Assembly: GCA_964410725.1 (NCBI GenBank)
Contig: CAYPID010000002.1
Span: 118,867 to 182,866 of the forward strand
Direction: 5' to 3'
DNA from: an uncultured Saprospiraceae bacterium
GTDB lineage: Bacteria > Bacteroidota > Bacteroidia > Chitinophagales > Saprospiraceae
DNA: 64,000 nucleotides
Shown here piece after piece: positions 19,024 to 29,221 of the stretch (its first letter is position 1; each line of letters opens with the position of its first letter). Below the pieces are notes generated by a model, which was not told where the DNA came from, did not search any database, and was given only the letters and a program-made list of their open reading frames with translations. The translations under genes were made by a program, and so were the position numbers.

Positions 19024-20631
19024 TTATTTAGAATACTGTCCAGACAATTCCTCTGCCAAATCCTCTAGCACTTTAAGATCTTCTGGATTAAGTTTTCCAC
19101 TCTTAAAGTTGCTTAAAACTGAAGCGTGTTTACTAGACAAAATCTCCAAGAAATTATTTTCAAATTCTTTGATTTTATCAATCGGAACCTGACCTAATAA
19201 ACCTTTAGTTCCCAGATAAATGATAGCTACCTGCTTTTCTACTGATAAAGGAGAATATTGAGGTTGCTTTAAAATTTCTACATTTCGCTTTCCTTTTTCA
19301 AGTACAGCAGTAGTTGCAGCATCTAAATCAGACCCAAATTTTGCAAAAGCTTCCAATTCACGATACTGTGCTTGGTCTAATTTTAAGGTACCAGATACCT
19401 TTTTCATTGATTTAATTTGGGCAGATCCACCAACTCTTGATACTGAGATACCAACGTTGATAGCAGGTCTAATCCCTGCATTAAATAAATTAGATTCTAG
19501 GAAAATCTGACCATCAGTAATAGAAATTACGTTGGTAGGAATATATGCTGAAACATCACCTGCCTGAGTTTCAATAATTGGTAGTGCTGTTAGCGAACCT
19601 CCACCCTTTACTAGAGGATTTCCGTCTTTGTCCTTTGCAGCTTTTAGGGATTCAGGAAGATCATTCATCTCCCTAGCTATGGAATCGTTATTAATTACCT
19701 TAGCTGCTCTTTCTAACAATCTTGAATGCAGATAAAATACATCACCAGGATAAGCTTCACGACCTGGGGGTCTTCTTAGCAAAAGTGAAACTTCCCTGTA
19801 AGCTACCGCTTGCTTTGAGAGGTCATCATAAATAATCAAGGCTGGTCTTCCTGTATCTCTGAAAAATTCCCCAATGGCAGCCCCAGCGAATGGAGCGTAG
19901 AATTTAAGTGGTGCAGGATCAGAAGCGGAAGCAGAAACAATAACAGTATAATCCATTGCACCATTTTCCTCTAAAGTCTTAGCAACTTGGGCAACTGTTG
20001 AAGCTTTCTGTCCTGAAGCCACATAAATGCAATAGACAGGTTCTCCCTTTTCGTAAAACTCCTTCTGATTGATTATAGTATCAATAGCAATAGCAGTCTT
20101 TCCAGTTTGACGATCTCCAATAATTAACTCTCTTTGACCCCTTCCAATAGGAATCATGGCATCGATAGCCTTGATACCTGTTTGTAGCGGCTCTGCAACT
20201 GGTTCTCTATAGATTACCCCAGGAGCCTTGCGCTCAATAGGCATTTCATATCTTTCTCCGGATATCTCTCCTTTTCCATCGATGGGCTCTCCCAATGGAT
20301 TAACAACCCTTCCAACGAAACCTTCTCCAACAGAAATTGAAGCAATTTTACCAGTTCTATGTACTCTTGAACCTTCTCTAATTCCTTCACCAGAACCCAT
20401 TAAAACCACACCAACATTGTCTTCTTCCAAGTTAAGAACTATGGCTTGAACACCCGTCTCATCGAATTCGACTAACTCCCCTGCCTGAGCATTACTCAAT
20501 CCATATACTCGCGCAATACCATCTCCAACTTGAAGAACAGTACCAAATTCAGCTAATTCAGCTGCATTACTAAAACCAGAAATCTGTTGCTTTAGAATTG
20601 CTGAAATTTCATCGGGCTTTACATCAACCAT
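19024..20631 (-). CDS. atpA: F0F1 ATP synthase subunit alpha
   Basis: 535 aa with Walker A GDRQTGKT and alpha-subunit signature regions. Confidence 0.97.
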   Translation of the reverse strand: MVDVKPDEISAILKQQISGFSNAAELAEFGTVLQVGDGIARVYGLSNAQAGELVEFDETGVQAIVLNLEEDNVGVVLMGSGEGIREGSRVHRTGKIASISVGEGFVGRVVNPLGEPIDGKGEISGERYEMPIERKAPGVIYREPVAEPLQTGIKAIDAMIPIGRGQRELIIGDRQTGKTAIAIDTIINQKEFYEKGEPVYCIYVASGQKASTVAQVAKTLEENGAMDYTVIVSASASDPAPLKFYAPFAGAAIGEFFRDTGRPALIIYDDLSKQAVAYREVSLLLRRPPGREAYPGDVFYLHSRLLERAAKVINNDSIAREMNDLPESLKAAKDKDGNPLVKGGGSLTALPIIETQAGDVSAYIPTNVISITDGQIFLESNLFNAGIRPAINVGISVSRVGGSAQIKSMKKVSGTLKLDQAQYRELEAFAKFGSDLDAATTAVLEKGKRNVEILKQPQYSPLSVEKQVAIIYLGTKGLLGQVPIDKIKEFENNFLEILSSKHASVLSNFKSGKLNPEDLKVLEDLAEELSGQYSK

Positions 20632-20643
20632 AACAAATATTTT

Positions 20644-21213
20644 TTAAGCTATAATTTTAGAAACAAATAAATTTTTAGAAAAAAGATCTTTTCGCATTTC
20701 GTCTAGCTTATCCGCTACACTAGCATCGTAAACCTTATCTCCAAATTCGATAATAAATCCACCAATTAAACTGGGATCAACCAATAGCTCCAGTTCAAGA
20801 GAAGTTCCTTTGGGAAGCATTTCGCTCAGTCCCTTTTGGATATTGGCCTGTTGATCTGAAGTTAGAGGGGCTGCTGACTTTACCTTAGCCAATTCAATAT
20901 TCTTATACGCTCTGTATTTGACTACAAAATCAGTCGCAATATCCGGCAAATAACGCTCACGCCCCTTCTGAGCAACTAAAACAATAAATTGTTCAGTTAG
21001 AGAATCCATCTTACCGGAAAATAATTCTTTAAAAACCTTTAACTTTTTGTCTGTTTGTACTACGGGGTTGTTGAGCATCAAAACAAAATCCCTGACCTTA
21101 CACACGTCCGACAGGTAGTGCATGTCCTCCAATACTTTTTCTAACTTGTTTTGCTCCAATGATAAATCCAATAAAGACTTGGCATATCTGGAGGCAATTC
21201 GATACACAGACAT
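20644..21213 (-). CDS. atpH: F0F1 ATP synthase subunit delta (OSCP)
   Basis: 189 aa. Called from its position between atpF and atpA and an OSCP-like sequence (RYAKSLLDLS...). Confidence 0.85.
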   Translation of the reverse strand: MSVYRIASRYAKSLLDLSLEQNKLEKVLEDMHYLSDVCKVRDFVLMLNNPVVQTDKKLKVFKELFSGKMDSLTEQFIVLVAQKGRERYLPDIATDFVVKYRAYKNIELAKVKSAAPLTSDQQANIQKGLSEMLPKGTSLELELLVDPSLIGGFIIEFGDKVYDASVADKLDEMRKDLFSKNLFVSKIIA

Positions 21214-21217
21214 ATTA

Positions 21218-21739
21218 CTAGTTCATTTTTAATTCATCTACCAACTTGGTAACATATTCCTCCTGATCTTTATCCCCTTTTAAGTTTTTCCTCAAGACTT
21301 TCTCTGCCAAATCTATTACCATCATTCCAAGTTCATTCTTAACTTGAGTAACAGCTGCCAATTTTTGATTCTCTATCTCCTCTTTTGCATTCAGTACAAT
21401 TGCTTTTGCTTCTTCTTTCGCTTTAGCCTTTGCTTCATTTAGTATATTCGCGCTCATATCTCTGGCTTCCTTCAATAATTTTGAACGCTCTTCCTGTGCC
21501 TCTTTTAACAGAGCCTCATTTTCAGATTTCAAACTCGACATCGCTTCCCTTGCCTTTTTGGCCTCATCTAAGGCCTCCTGAATATTGCCTTCTCTTTCTT
21601 TTAAAGCATTCTGGATAGGTTTGAAAGCCAATTTGCCTAAAACGAAGTAAATCAAAAGGAAAACCACAGTTGTCCAGAGAATCAAACCTGGATCCGGTTT
21701 AATAACATCTAAATCAGCTAAAAAAAATATTGTTTTCAT
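21218..21739 (-). CDS. atpF: F0F1 ATP synthase subunit b
   Basis: 173 aa with a single N-terminal TM helix followed by a long charged coiled coil. Operon position supports the call. Confidence 0.85.
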   Translation of the reverse strand: MKTIFFLADLDVIKPDPGLILWTTVVFLLIYFVLGKLAFKPIQNALKEREGNIQEALDEAKKAREAMSSLKSENEALLKEAQEERSKLLKEARDMSANILNEAKAKAKEEAKAIVLNAKEEIENQKLAAVTQVKNELGMMVIDLAEKVLRKNLKGDKDQEEYVTKLVDELKMN

Positions 21740-21766
21740 CTAAAAGCTGTTTTTAATTAATTTAAG

Positions 21767-21797
21767 AAGAACTGTCAACCAAGCGTTGACAGTTCTT
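21767..21797 (-). promoter_or_regulatory. Intra-operon stem-loop between atpE and atpF
   Basis: Perfect 12-13 bp inverted repeat AGAACTGTCAAC (21768-21779) / GTTGACAGTTCT (21785-21796) with a 5-nt loop. It sits in the 77-bp atpE-atpF spacer. On the transcribed (minus) strand no U-tract follows it. Confidence 0.6.
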
Positions 21798-21816
21798 TCT
21801 TTTTGGTCCTTGAATA

Positions 21817-23240
<1,424 letters not shown>

Positions 23241-23262
23241 AGAGGTATCTTTAAAATCGGCA

Positions 23263-23270
23263 CAAAGGTA
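23263..23270 (-). promoter_or_regulatory. Candidate -7 box (atp operon)
   Basis: Plus-strand CAAAGGTA equals TACCTTTG on the minus strand, 22 nt upstream of the atpB start. Confidence 0.4.
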
Positions 23271-23393
23271 GCCACTTTTAGAAATAATATATCACATTCT
23301 TTGATTTTTTTCTCCTTAAACTATGGCACGATAATTGTTTTAAGCCCCTTGGGAAAAAATCCTTAATAAAAGTAGCAACTTGATTGCACCTTT

Positions 23394-23401
23394 TAATTTT
23401 G
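23394..23401 (+). promoter_or_regulatory. Candidate -7 box (adhesin gene)
   Basis: TAATTTTG, 9 nt before ATG 23411. A second in-frame ATG lies at 23423. Confidence 0.35.
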
Positions 23402-23410
23402 AAATAACTT

Positions 23411-26400
23411 ATGAAGTATACAATGAAAAAATTGTTTTTGGTTGGCATTACCAGTTTGCTGTTGAACCTATCCCTTTTTGCCGAAGGCACAAAACAAGCT
23501 GCCCCAAATGCGCCTGGAAACCCAGCAGACACCTTAGTGATGTTGGAAGTCAACAACCCCAATTTCGGGTCTTTTGCAGCTTTCAACGGGCCTGAGGAAA
23601 GTAGAATGTTCTTTAGGATTCAGAACAATACTGAAAAAGTTTTTCTGGGATTAGCAGCTGCTGTTGATGCCAATGGATTTGAATTTAGTAACGATCTAAC
23701 AGCTTCTTACACATTTCAAATTCGCAAACTAAATACTTCAGGTGGGGAGCATCCAATTGTTCATGGTCCTTTTGTAATTGGGAAAAACAACGCCAATCTA
23801 AATGCCTACGACCAATCAGCTTTCCCCAATTACGCAACCACAGCAACTTCCAATGGACAATTGATTTATTTTTTCGATCCGGGCGCTAACATCGATTACG
23901 GTGCTGGAGATTACTTTATAGAATTCGAAAGATTACAATCCAACCCGGATGATGAGGGGTTTGAGGACAGGCTTTTTATCCCCTTTTGGGATGTCACTGT
24001 AACCAGTGCAACAGATGTCCCTATTCTCGGTAGGTTATATTCGAGAAACTGGGCATTTAGAACACCAACGATTACGGGTGATTCCTATCCAGATTGTGGT
24101 TGGGACCGGGAATATCAAGGAATTGTTTACACCTATACTAATGATGGCTTTGTAACTCAACTGGACTTTTCTAATTCTGGATTTCAAGGTCTATCTTTTA
24201 ACATTGCTATTAATTCATCTGGACCAGGAAATACTGGTAATCTTTTAGAAGATCGGAAATCCAGGGAAGGAAATGAAACCCAAAACGCTTCTGAGTTTTT
24301 GATTTTCCTCAACCCTCCCTGCGAAGTCTGCTTTCCATCTGGAGAATGCGCCGAAGTGATATCCGATGGCAATTTCGTTCCTGATCCAAATGGGGTATAT
24401 TGTCTTGAAGTAACTTCCACTAGTCCAGGGCAAATGGAAGTTATATTGGATTTTAATTCTAACGGGGTTTACGAACCTCAACTTCAGGACCTTTTGTTGG
24501 TTTATGAGTTTTTTAAAGCGGATTTTGATGCCAATGGTGGAAATCCTATTACAGCTTGTATCCCTTGGGACGGAATCAAAGCAGATGGTACAGGAATAAA
24601 TTATCAAGATACCATGCAAGTGATTCTAACCTACCAACAAGGCCTTCAGCACTACTCGGGATATGATGTAGAATTTGTAAAAAATGGGTTTTGTGTGGAA
24701 ACCGTTAGACCCATCAATTGCTCTGGTGAACCTTCTAATTTTTTATATTGGGACGATTCGGATTTAGTAAACGTGACCAACCCGGGAACAGGGCAACCAT
24801 TGTCCCTTCTAGAAGGATGCGAATGTGGGATTAATAACTGTAGAACGTGGACTCAATTCGATTCAGATATTACCACTCCAGAAAACGATTGCGGCCTAAT
24901 TGACGACAATACTTTAGGCTATGGCGATAAAAGCACCTTAAATACCTGGTGGGTAGCCAACCTTCAAAGGATATTTATCCAGGATTTACCTTTACATACA
25001 TGTGCGGTCACTGCACCTTCCTCTGTAATTTGTGAAGGAGAGGTTACCGTTTTAACTGCCAATGTCTCTACTCTATTTACTGAGGGTCTTTCTTATGCTT
25101 GGTCTGGTCCTGACGGATATACTGGTAGTACTGGACCTACTTCCGGACCCGTGTCCTTACCTGGCCTCTATCAAGTGGTTGTTACCGATATAGAAGGGTT
25201 AACCACTACCTGTGATTTTTTTCTGACCGTATTAGAGGCCCCCACATTAGAATGTAATGCTACTCCGGTTGCGTGTACTGGTGAACTTACTGGTCAGATT
25301 TTAGTCAGTGCTTCTGGTGGTTCAGGGAGTGGCTATGAGTTTAGTTTAGATGGAGAAAATTACTCGGCATCCAGCGTGTTCAGTAACTTACCAGCCGGAG
25401 AATATACCGTTTTCGTCAGAGATGCAGTTGGTTGTACCAATACATGTGAAGTTATTATTGTAGAACCAGATCCCATTTCCATAACCTTAATTTCAGCCAC
25501 GCCACCATCATGTAATAATATCTCTGACGGCCGAGCAAGCATTTCAATTGCTGGAGGAATACCACCTTTTACTTATTTGTGGAGCTCTGGGTCCGTTTCT
25601 TCCAGCCCAACAAATTTAGTAGGTGGAATTAATACGGTTACTGTAACTGATAATGCTCAGTGTACTGAGGTGTTTTCTATTCAACTCGCTGAACCTCCAC
25701 TTTTATCAGTTTTTACTCAAGTCATCAAACCCGTTACCTGTTTTGATGATAATGATGGAAGCATTTCTGCTCTGGGAACTGGGGGCACACCTCCCTATAA
25801 CTTTCTTTGGGATAATGGAGAAACTACAGCAACTGCTACCTCTCTATCTCTTGGGGTGCATTCCGTTACCATAACAGATTTTAATGGTTGTGCGGCCATT
25901 GCCACCGATACAATTCTAGGACCTGAAAGTCCTCTTTCGTGCTTTGTGCTAGAATTAAGTCCAGTCAGTTACCCAGGTCAACAAGATGGGGTAGCTTCCG
26001 CCTTCCCTTCAGGTGGTTGGAGTGGATATTCCTATCTGTGGAGTAATGGATCTACCCTCAAACAAGCCAATAATTTATCAGCTGGACTCCAATCTGTAAC
26101 TGTAACTGATGCTTTTGGATGTGAAACGGTTTGTAGCGTTATTGTTTCTGAAATTCCACCCATTGAATGTACCGTTTTCGAATCTCAACCTATTTCTTGT
26201 AATGGAGGATCAGATGGAAGAGCTACAGTTGAGGCCACTGGCGGAAATGGGGAATTATCTTACAGATGGAGCAATGGTAATACAGGGAGAACGGCCATTA
26301 ATCTTTCAGCAGGTATCAGCTATACGGTTACTATAACCGACGAGGAAGGATATACCGAAACGTGTTCAATTGTTCTTTCCGATCCTCCAGGTTTGCCTTG

Positions 26401-29221
26401 CAACCTTGAAGTTTTATCAAATGTCAGTTGTTTTGGCAATAACGACGGTATTGCACGGGCCAATGTGCCTTCAACTGGTGGTCCATATAGTTTCCTTTGG
26501 GACAATGGAGATACGCGGCAAACTGCTGATTCATTGAGAGCAGGTACAAGATTTGTTACCATAACAGATGGCGAAGGATGCCCAACCGTTTGTTTTATTA
26601 ATATCAGTCAACCCATTTTAAGGATTAATTGTCCTGATAACTTGACCTTGGATTGCGATGATCCTGCAAATGAAGGTCTGATTGAAGCCTGGTTAACTGA
26701 CGCTAGCCTTACTGGGGCATGTGAGGATTTAGAAATTAGTACCAATTACAATCCAGATAACTTTAGCGTTAATGGATGTAACCTCACTCAAACTGTAGTA
26801 TTTTTCACCCAAGATCCCATCGGATTGACTACCGCTTCTTGCTTTTCCAGAATTTTCATTACCGACAACCAGCCTCCCAATATTATTTGTCCTCCTGATA
26901 CTGTAATTGCATGTGATGCCAATCTGCCAAAAATAGATTTTTTTGGAGGTCAAGTAAGTGATGATTGTTCTCTATTTATTCCTAATTTTTCCGAAGGAGG
27001 AGATCCATCCAATGAAGTGATAGGAGGCATATGCGATGAAGGAATAGATGGATGTATTACCGTTACTTTTCTCGGCAAAACAACTATTGGAAGTGCTCAA
27101 GTGGAGCTCTCCTTTGAAGTGGTCAACAACTGCGATGCTAATATTCGTTATGTTTCCTTTCAATTGCCATCCAAAACCACTGCCGTCTATCCAGAACACC
27201 AAAGTCTGTATGAAGGAAATTTAGGTGATTATACCATAGAAAATCCAACTAGTCAATTCTTGCATTTTTTAAGGTTTAATCCGCTTAGTGGCTTCTTTTC
27301 CCGTGGCAAAACCGAAACCTTTCAGTACACCTTACCTATCAATAAAGTACCTGAAGAATTAGTGGTCCTGGTAAGAACCAACCAAGATTATTATCACGTA
27401 AAATTATCAGCTGCTTGCACCTCCAATAAAAGTTCTTTGTCACAAAAACTCAATACTGACGGAATAATTGTTCAATGGGTAAGCGATGTAAGTAATAACG
27501 AATCAGGGTGTGCTCCGTTTAATATTATTTATACCAGAACTTACACAGCAACGGATGCCTGTGGTAATGAATCGCTTCCATGCTCCCAAGAAATTATAGT
27601 GGAATCCGATGCTAGTCCCCCCATTCTGCTGCACGATTATCCAGGTATCGAAAATGTAAATCATCTCGATACCGTATATATTGATTGTCCTTTATTAGAA
27701 CCACCATTGCCACAGACAGCAGTAAGGGCAATCGATGGATGTACCAATCCCCGAATTGAATTTAGTGAGGTGGTTATCGATCAAGCTGTAGGAAATGCCT
27801 GTGATGAAAAAGGATATGAAAAATTATTGCTGTGTACTTGGAAAGCATTTGATGAGTGTAACTATGAAGCAGAATATTCTTTTTACATGGCTATTGTTGA
27901 TAGAGAAGCACCGGAATTTTATCCAATTCCAATACCAGAATTAATTGGCACATGTTCCAATATTCCTCCTGTACCTGATATTATTGCCTCCGACAACTGT
28001 TCCAGCCTTGAAGTGAATTTTACCGAAAATATTATTTACGACGAGTGCAATAATGTTAGATTAATAAGAATTTGGTCAGCCACAGATGCTTGCGGAAATA
28101 GAGCTGATGTCAGTCAAACCGTCTTCCTACTTGATGATTCTGCACCAACTATTTCTTTTGATCATCCCGAGCTAAGGTATGTAGAAAACGGAGCGGAATT
28201 ATTAGTGGATTGCGATCAAGCTTCACTTTTAATTATAGATAATTCATATGCTACCGCCTCAGACATTTGTGACCCTAATCCAATTTTTGAAAAAACGGTC
28301 GAGCAAATTGGAAACTTAGAGTCTTGTAATCTGGATGAAATAGATTACAAGATAACTTGGACCGCATCGGATAACTGTAACAACGTTTCTACCTTTGTGA
28401 TATACTTAAACATCTTCGATAATGAAAAACCAACCTTAGTTAACGTTCCAGATGATATTTGTACCACCGTTTTACCTCCGGTTCCCACTAATGTATTCGC
28501 CACCGATGGTTGCGATAATAATCCAACAGTTACCTTCACAGAAACCAATCCCATACCTATTGGGGGAAGCAGTACAGTAACTAGAACCTGGACAGCTGAG
28601 GACCAATGCGGAAATAAAATCAGCGATAAGCAGGTAATTACTTTGAACCCCTCTTTAATTTCATTTATTCAGGTACCTACCGCCGCCGTAGTCTGTGGAT
28701 CCAGTAATAATGCCCTATCAGGGCTGGCCGCTGGGGGAACTCCTCCCTATTCCTTTCAATGGTCTGTATCTCAAGGAAATGCGGTCATTACTTCTAATAG
28801 AAATGCCAGTGAAATTTCATTTTCAGCAGGAACAGGTACTTCACTCTTCGAACTAGAAGTAACGGATAGTAGAGGGTGTACCGATTATGTCTATCAATTC
28901 ATTCAGTGTACCAACCCTTCCATCATTCAATCTGAACCGCAGAACCAAAGGATCGGGAAACAGCTGCTCTGGAAAATCTATCCAAATCCTGCTTCCAAAA
29001 AAGCATTTTTGACTTTTAATCCTCAAACCAAAGAGCAGATTGTGTTGAAAATTTATAACAACGAAGGCCAACTAATGCATACGAAACAGTATGATAATAT
29101 CCCAGCGAGTACCGTAGAATTGGACTTAAACCATTGGGAAAATGGCATATACAATGTATCTATCTACAATAAAGATGGAGCCCTATTGGAATCACAAATT
29201 TTATTAGTGAATGCCTACTAA
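23411..29221 (+). CDS. Giant T9SS-secreted cell-surface adhesin (SprB-repeat / HYR-like modules, type-A CTD)
   Basis: 1936 aa with a signal peptide. Layout: a ~530-aa N-terminal region with no motif I recognise, one Ig-like module, six SprB-type repeats, about six Cys-rich HYR-like modules, and a C-terminal sorting domain. Confidence 0.9.
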   Translation: MKYTMKKLFLVGITSLLLNLSLFAEGTKQAAPNAPGNPADTLVMLEVNNPNFGSFAAFNGPEESRMFFRIQNNTEKVFLGLAAAVDANGFEFSNDLTASYTFQIRKLNTSGGEHPIVHGPFVIGKNNANLNAYDQSAFPNYATTATSNGQLIYFFDPGANIDYGAGDYFIEFERLQSNPDDEGFEDRLFIPFWDVTVTSATDVPILGRLYSRNWAFRTPTITGDSYPDCGWDREYQGIVYTYTNDGFVTQLDFSNSGFQGLSFNIAINSSGPGNTGNLLEDRKSREGNETQNASEFLIFLNPPCEVCFPSGECAEVISDGNFVPDPNGVYCLEVTSTSPGQMEVILDFNSNGVYEPQLQDLLLVYEFFKADFDANGGNPITACIPWDGIKADGTGINYQDTMQVILTYQQGLQHYSGYDVEFVKNGFCVETVRPINCSGEPSNFLYWDDSDLVNVTNPGTGQPLSLLEGCECGINNCRTWTQFDSDITTPENDCGLIDDNTLGYGDKSTLNTWWVANLQRIFIQDLPLHTCAVTAPSSVICEGEVTVLTANVSTLFTEGLSYAWSGPDGYTGSTGPTSGPVSLPGLYQVVVTDIEGLTTTCDFFLTVLEAPTLECNATPVACTGELTGQILVSASGGSGSGYEFSLDGENYSASSVFSNLPAGEYTVFVRDAVGCTNTCEVIIVEPDPISITLISATPPSCNNISDGRASISIAGGIPPFTYLWSSGSVSSSPTNLVGGINTVTVTDNAQCTEVFSIQLAEPPLLSVFTQVIKPVTCFDDNDGSISALGTGGTPPYNFLWDNGETTATATSLSLGVHSVTITDFNGCAAIATDTILGPESPLSCFVLELSPVSYPGQQDGVASAFPSGGWSGYSYLWSNGSTLKQANNLSAGLQSVTVTDAFGCETVCSVIVSEIPPIECTVFESQPISCNGGSDGRATVEATGGNGELSYRWSNGNTGRTAINLSAGISYTVTITDEEGYTETCSIVLSDPPGLPCNLEVLSNVSCFGNNDGIARANVPSTGGPYSFLWDNGDTRQTADSLRAGTRFVTITDGEGCPTVCFINISQPILRINCPDNLTLDCDDPANEGLIEAWLTDASLTGACEDLEISTNYNPDNFSVNGCNLTQTVVFFTQDPIGLTTASCFSRIFITDNQPPNIICPPDTVIACDANLPKIDFFGGQVSDDCSLFIPNFSEGGDPSNEVIGGICDEGIDGCITVTFLGKTTIGSAQVELSFEVVNNCDANIRYVSFQLPSKTTAVYPEHQSLYEGNLGDYTIENPTSQFLHFLRFNPLSGFFSRGKTETFQYTLPINKVPEELVVLVRTNQDYYHVKLSAACTSNKSSLSQKLNTDGIIVQWVSDVSNNESGCAPFNIIYTRTYTATDACGNESLPCSQEIIVESDASPPILLHDYPGIENVNHLDTVYIDCPLLEPPLPQTAVRAIDGCTNPRIEFSEVVIDQAVGNACDEKGYEKLLLCTWKAFDECNYEAEYSFYMAIVDREAPEFYPIPIPELIGTCSNIPPVPDIIASDNCSSLEVNFTENIIYDECNNVRLIRIWSATDACGNRADVSQTVFLLDDSAPTISFDHPELRYVENGAELLVDCDQASLLIIDNSYATASDICDPNPIFEKTVEQIGNLESCNLDEIDYKITWTASDNCNNVSTFVIYLNIFDNEKPTLVNVPDDICTTVLPPVPTNVFATDGCDNNPTVTFTETNPIPIGGSSTVTRTWTAEDQCGNKISDKQVITLNPSLISFIQVPTAAVVCGSSNNALSGLAAGGTPPYSFQWSVSQGNAVITSNRNASEISFSAGTGTSLFELEVTDSRGCTDYVYQFIQCTNPSIIQSEPQNQRIGKQLLWKIYPNPASKKAFLTFNPQTKEQIVLKIYNNEGQLMHTKQYDNIPASTVELDLNHWENGIYNVSIYNKDGALLESQILLVNAY
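25253..26608 (+). repeat. Six tandem SprB-type repeats (~77 aa / ~231 bp period) inside the adhesin gene
   Basis: Recurring pattern C.(G/D)..(D/T)G.(I/A)...(A/T)(S/G)GG..PY.(F/Y).W(S/D).G...........L..G.Y.VT(V/I)TD..GC. Examples: CNGGSDGRATVEATGGNGELSYRWSNGNTGRTAINLSAGISYTVTITDEEG and CFDDNDGSISALGTGGTPPYNFLWDNGETT...HSVTITDFNGC. Confidence 0.8.
26621..28645 (+). repeat. Cys-rich HYR-like modules (about six) inside the adhesin gene; boundaries approximate
   Basis: Recurrent (P)P.I.CP.D motifs followed by T(W/Y)TA.D.CGN-type motifs: YTATDACGN, WSATDACGN, TWTASDNCNN, TWTAEDQCGN, CTWKAFDECN. Confidence 0.6.
28970..29218 (+). other. T9SS type-A C-terminal sorting domain (Por secretion tail)
   Basis: The last 83 aa are WKIYPNPASKKAFLTFNPQTKEQIVLKIYNNEGQLMHTKQYDN...NGIYNVSIYNKDGALLESQILLVNAY. 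This is the canonical (Y/F)PNPA...(V/I).(I/V)Y...G..(V/L)......G.Y...(I/V) pattern. Confidence 0.85.

Noticed and set aside
23278-23586. 102-aa minus-strand ORF (TTG start) spanning the adhesin promoter and 5' end
   Set aside because: It overlaps the well-supported adhesin CDS and its -7 box and has no recognisable motif. Its composition is Lys/Phe-rich, as expected from reading AT-rich DNA out of frame. I judge it a shadow ORF.
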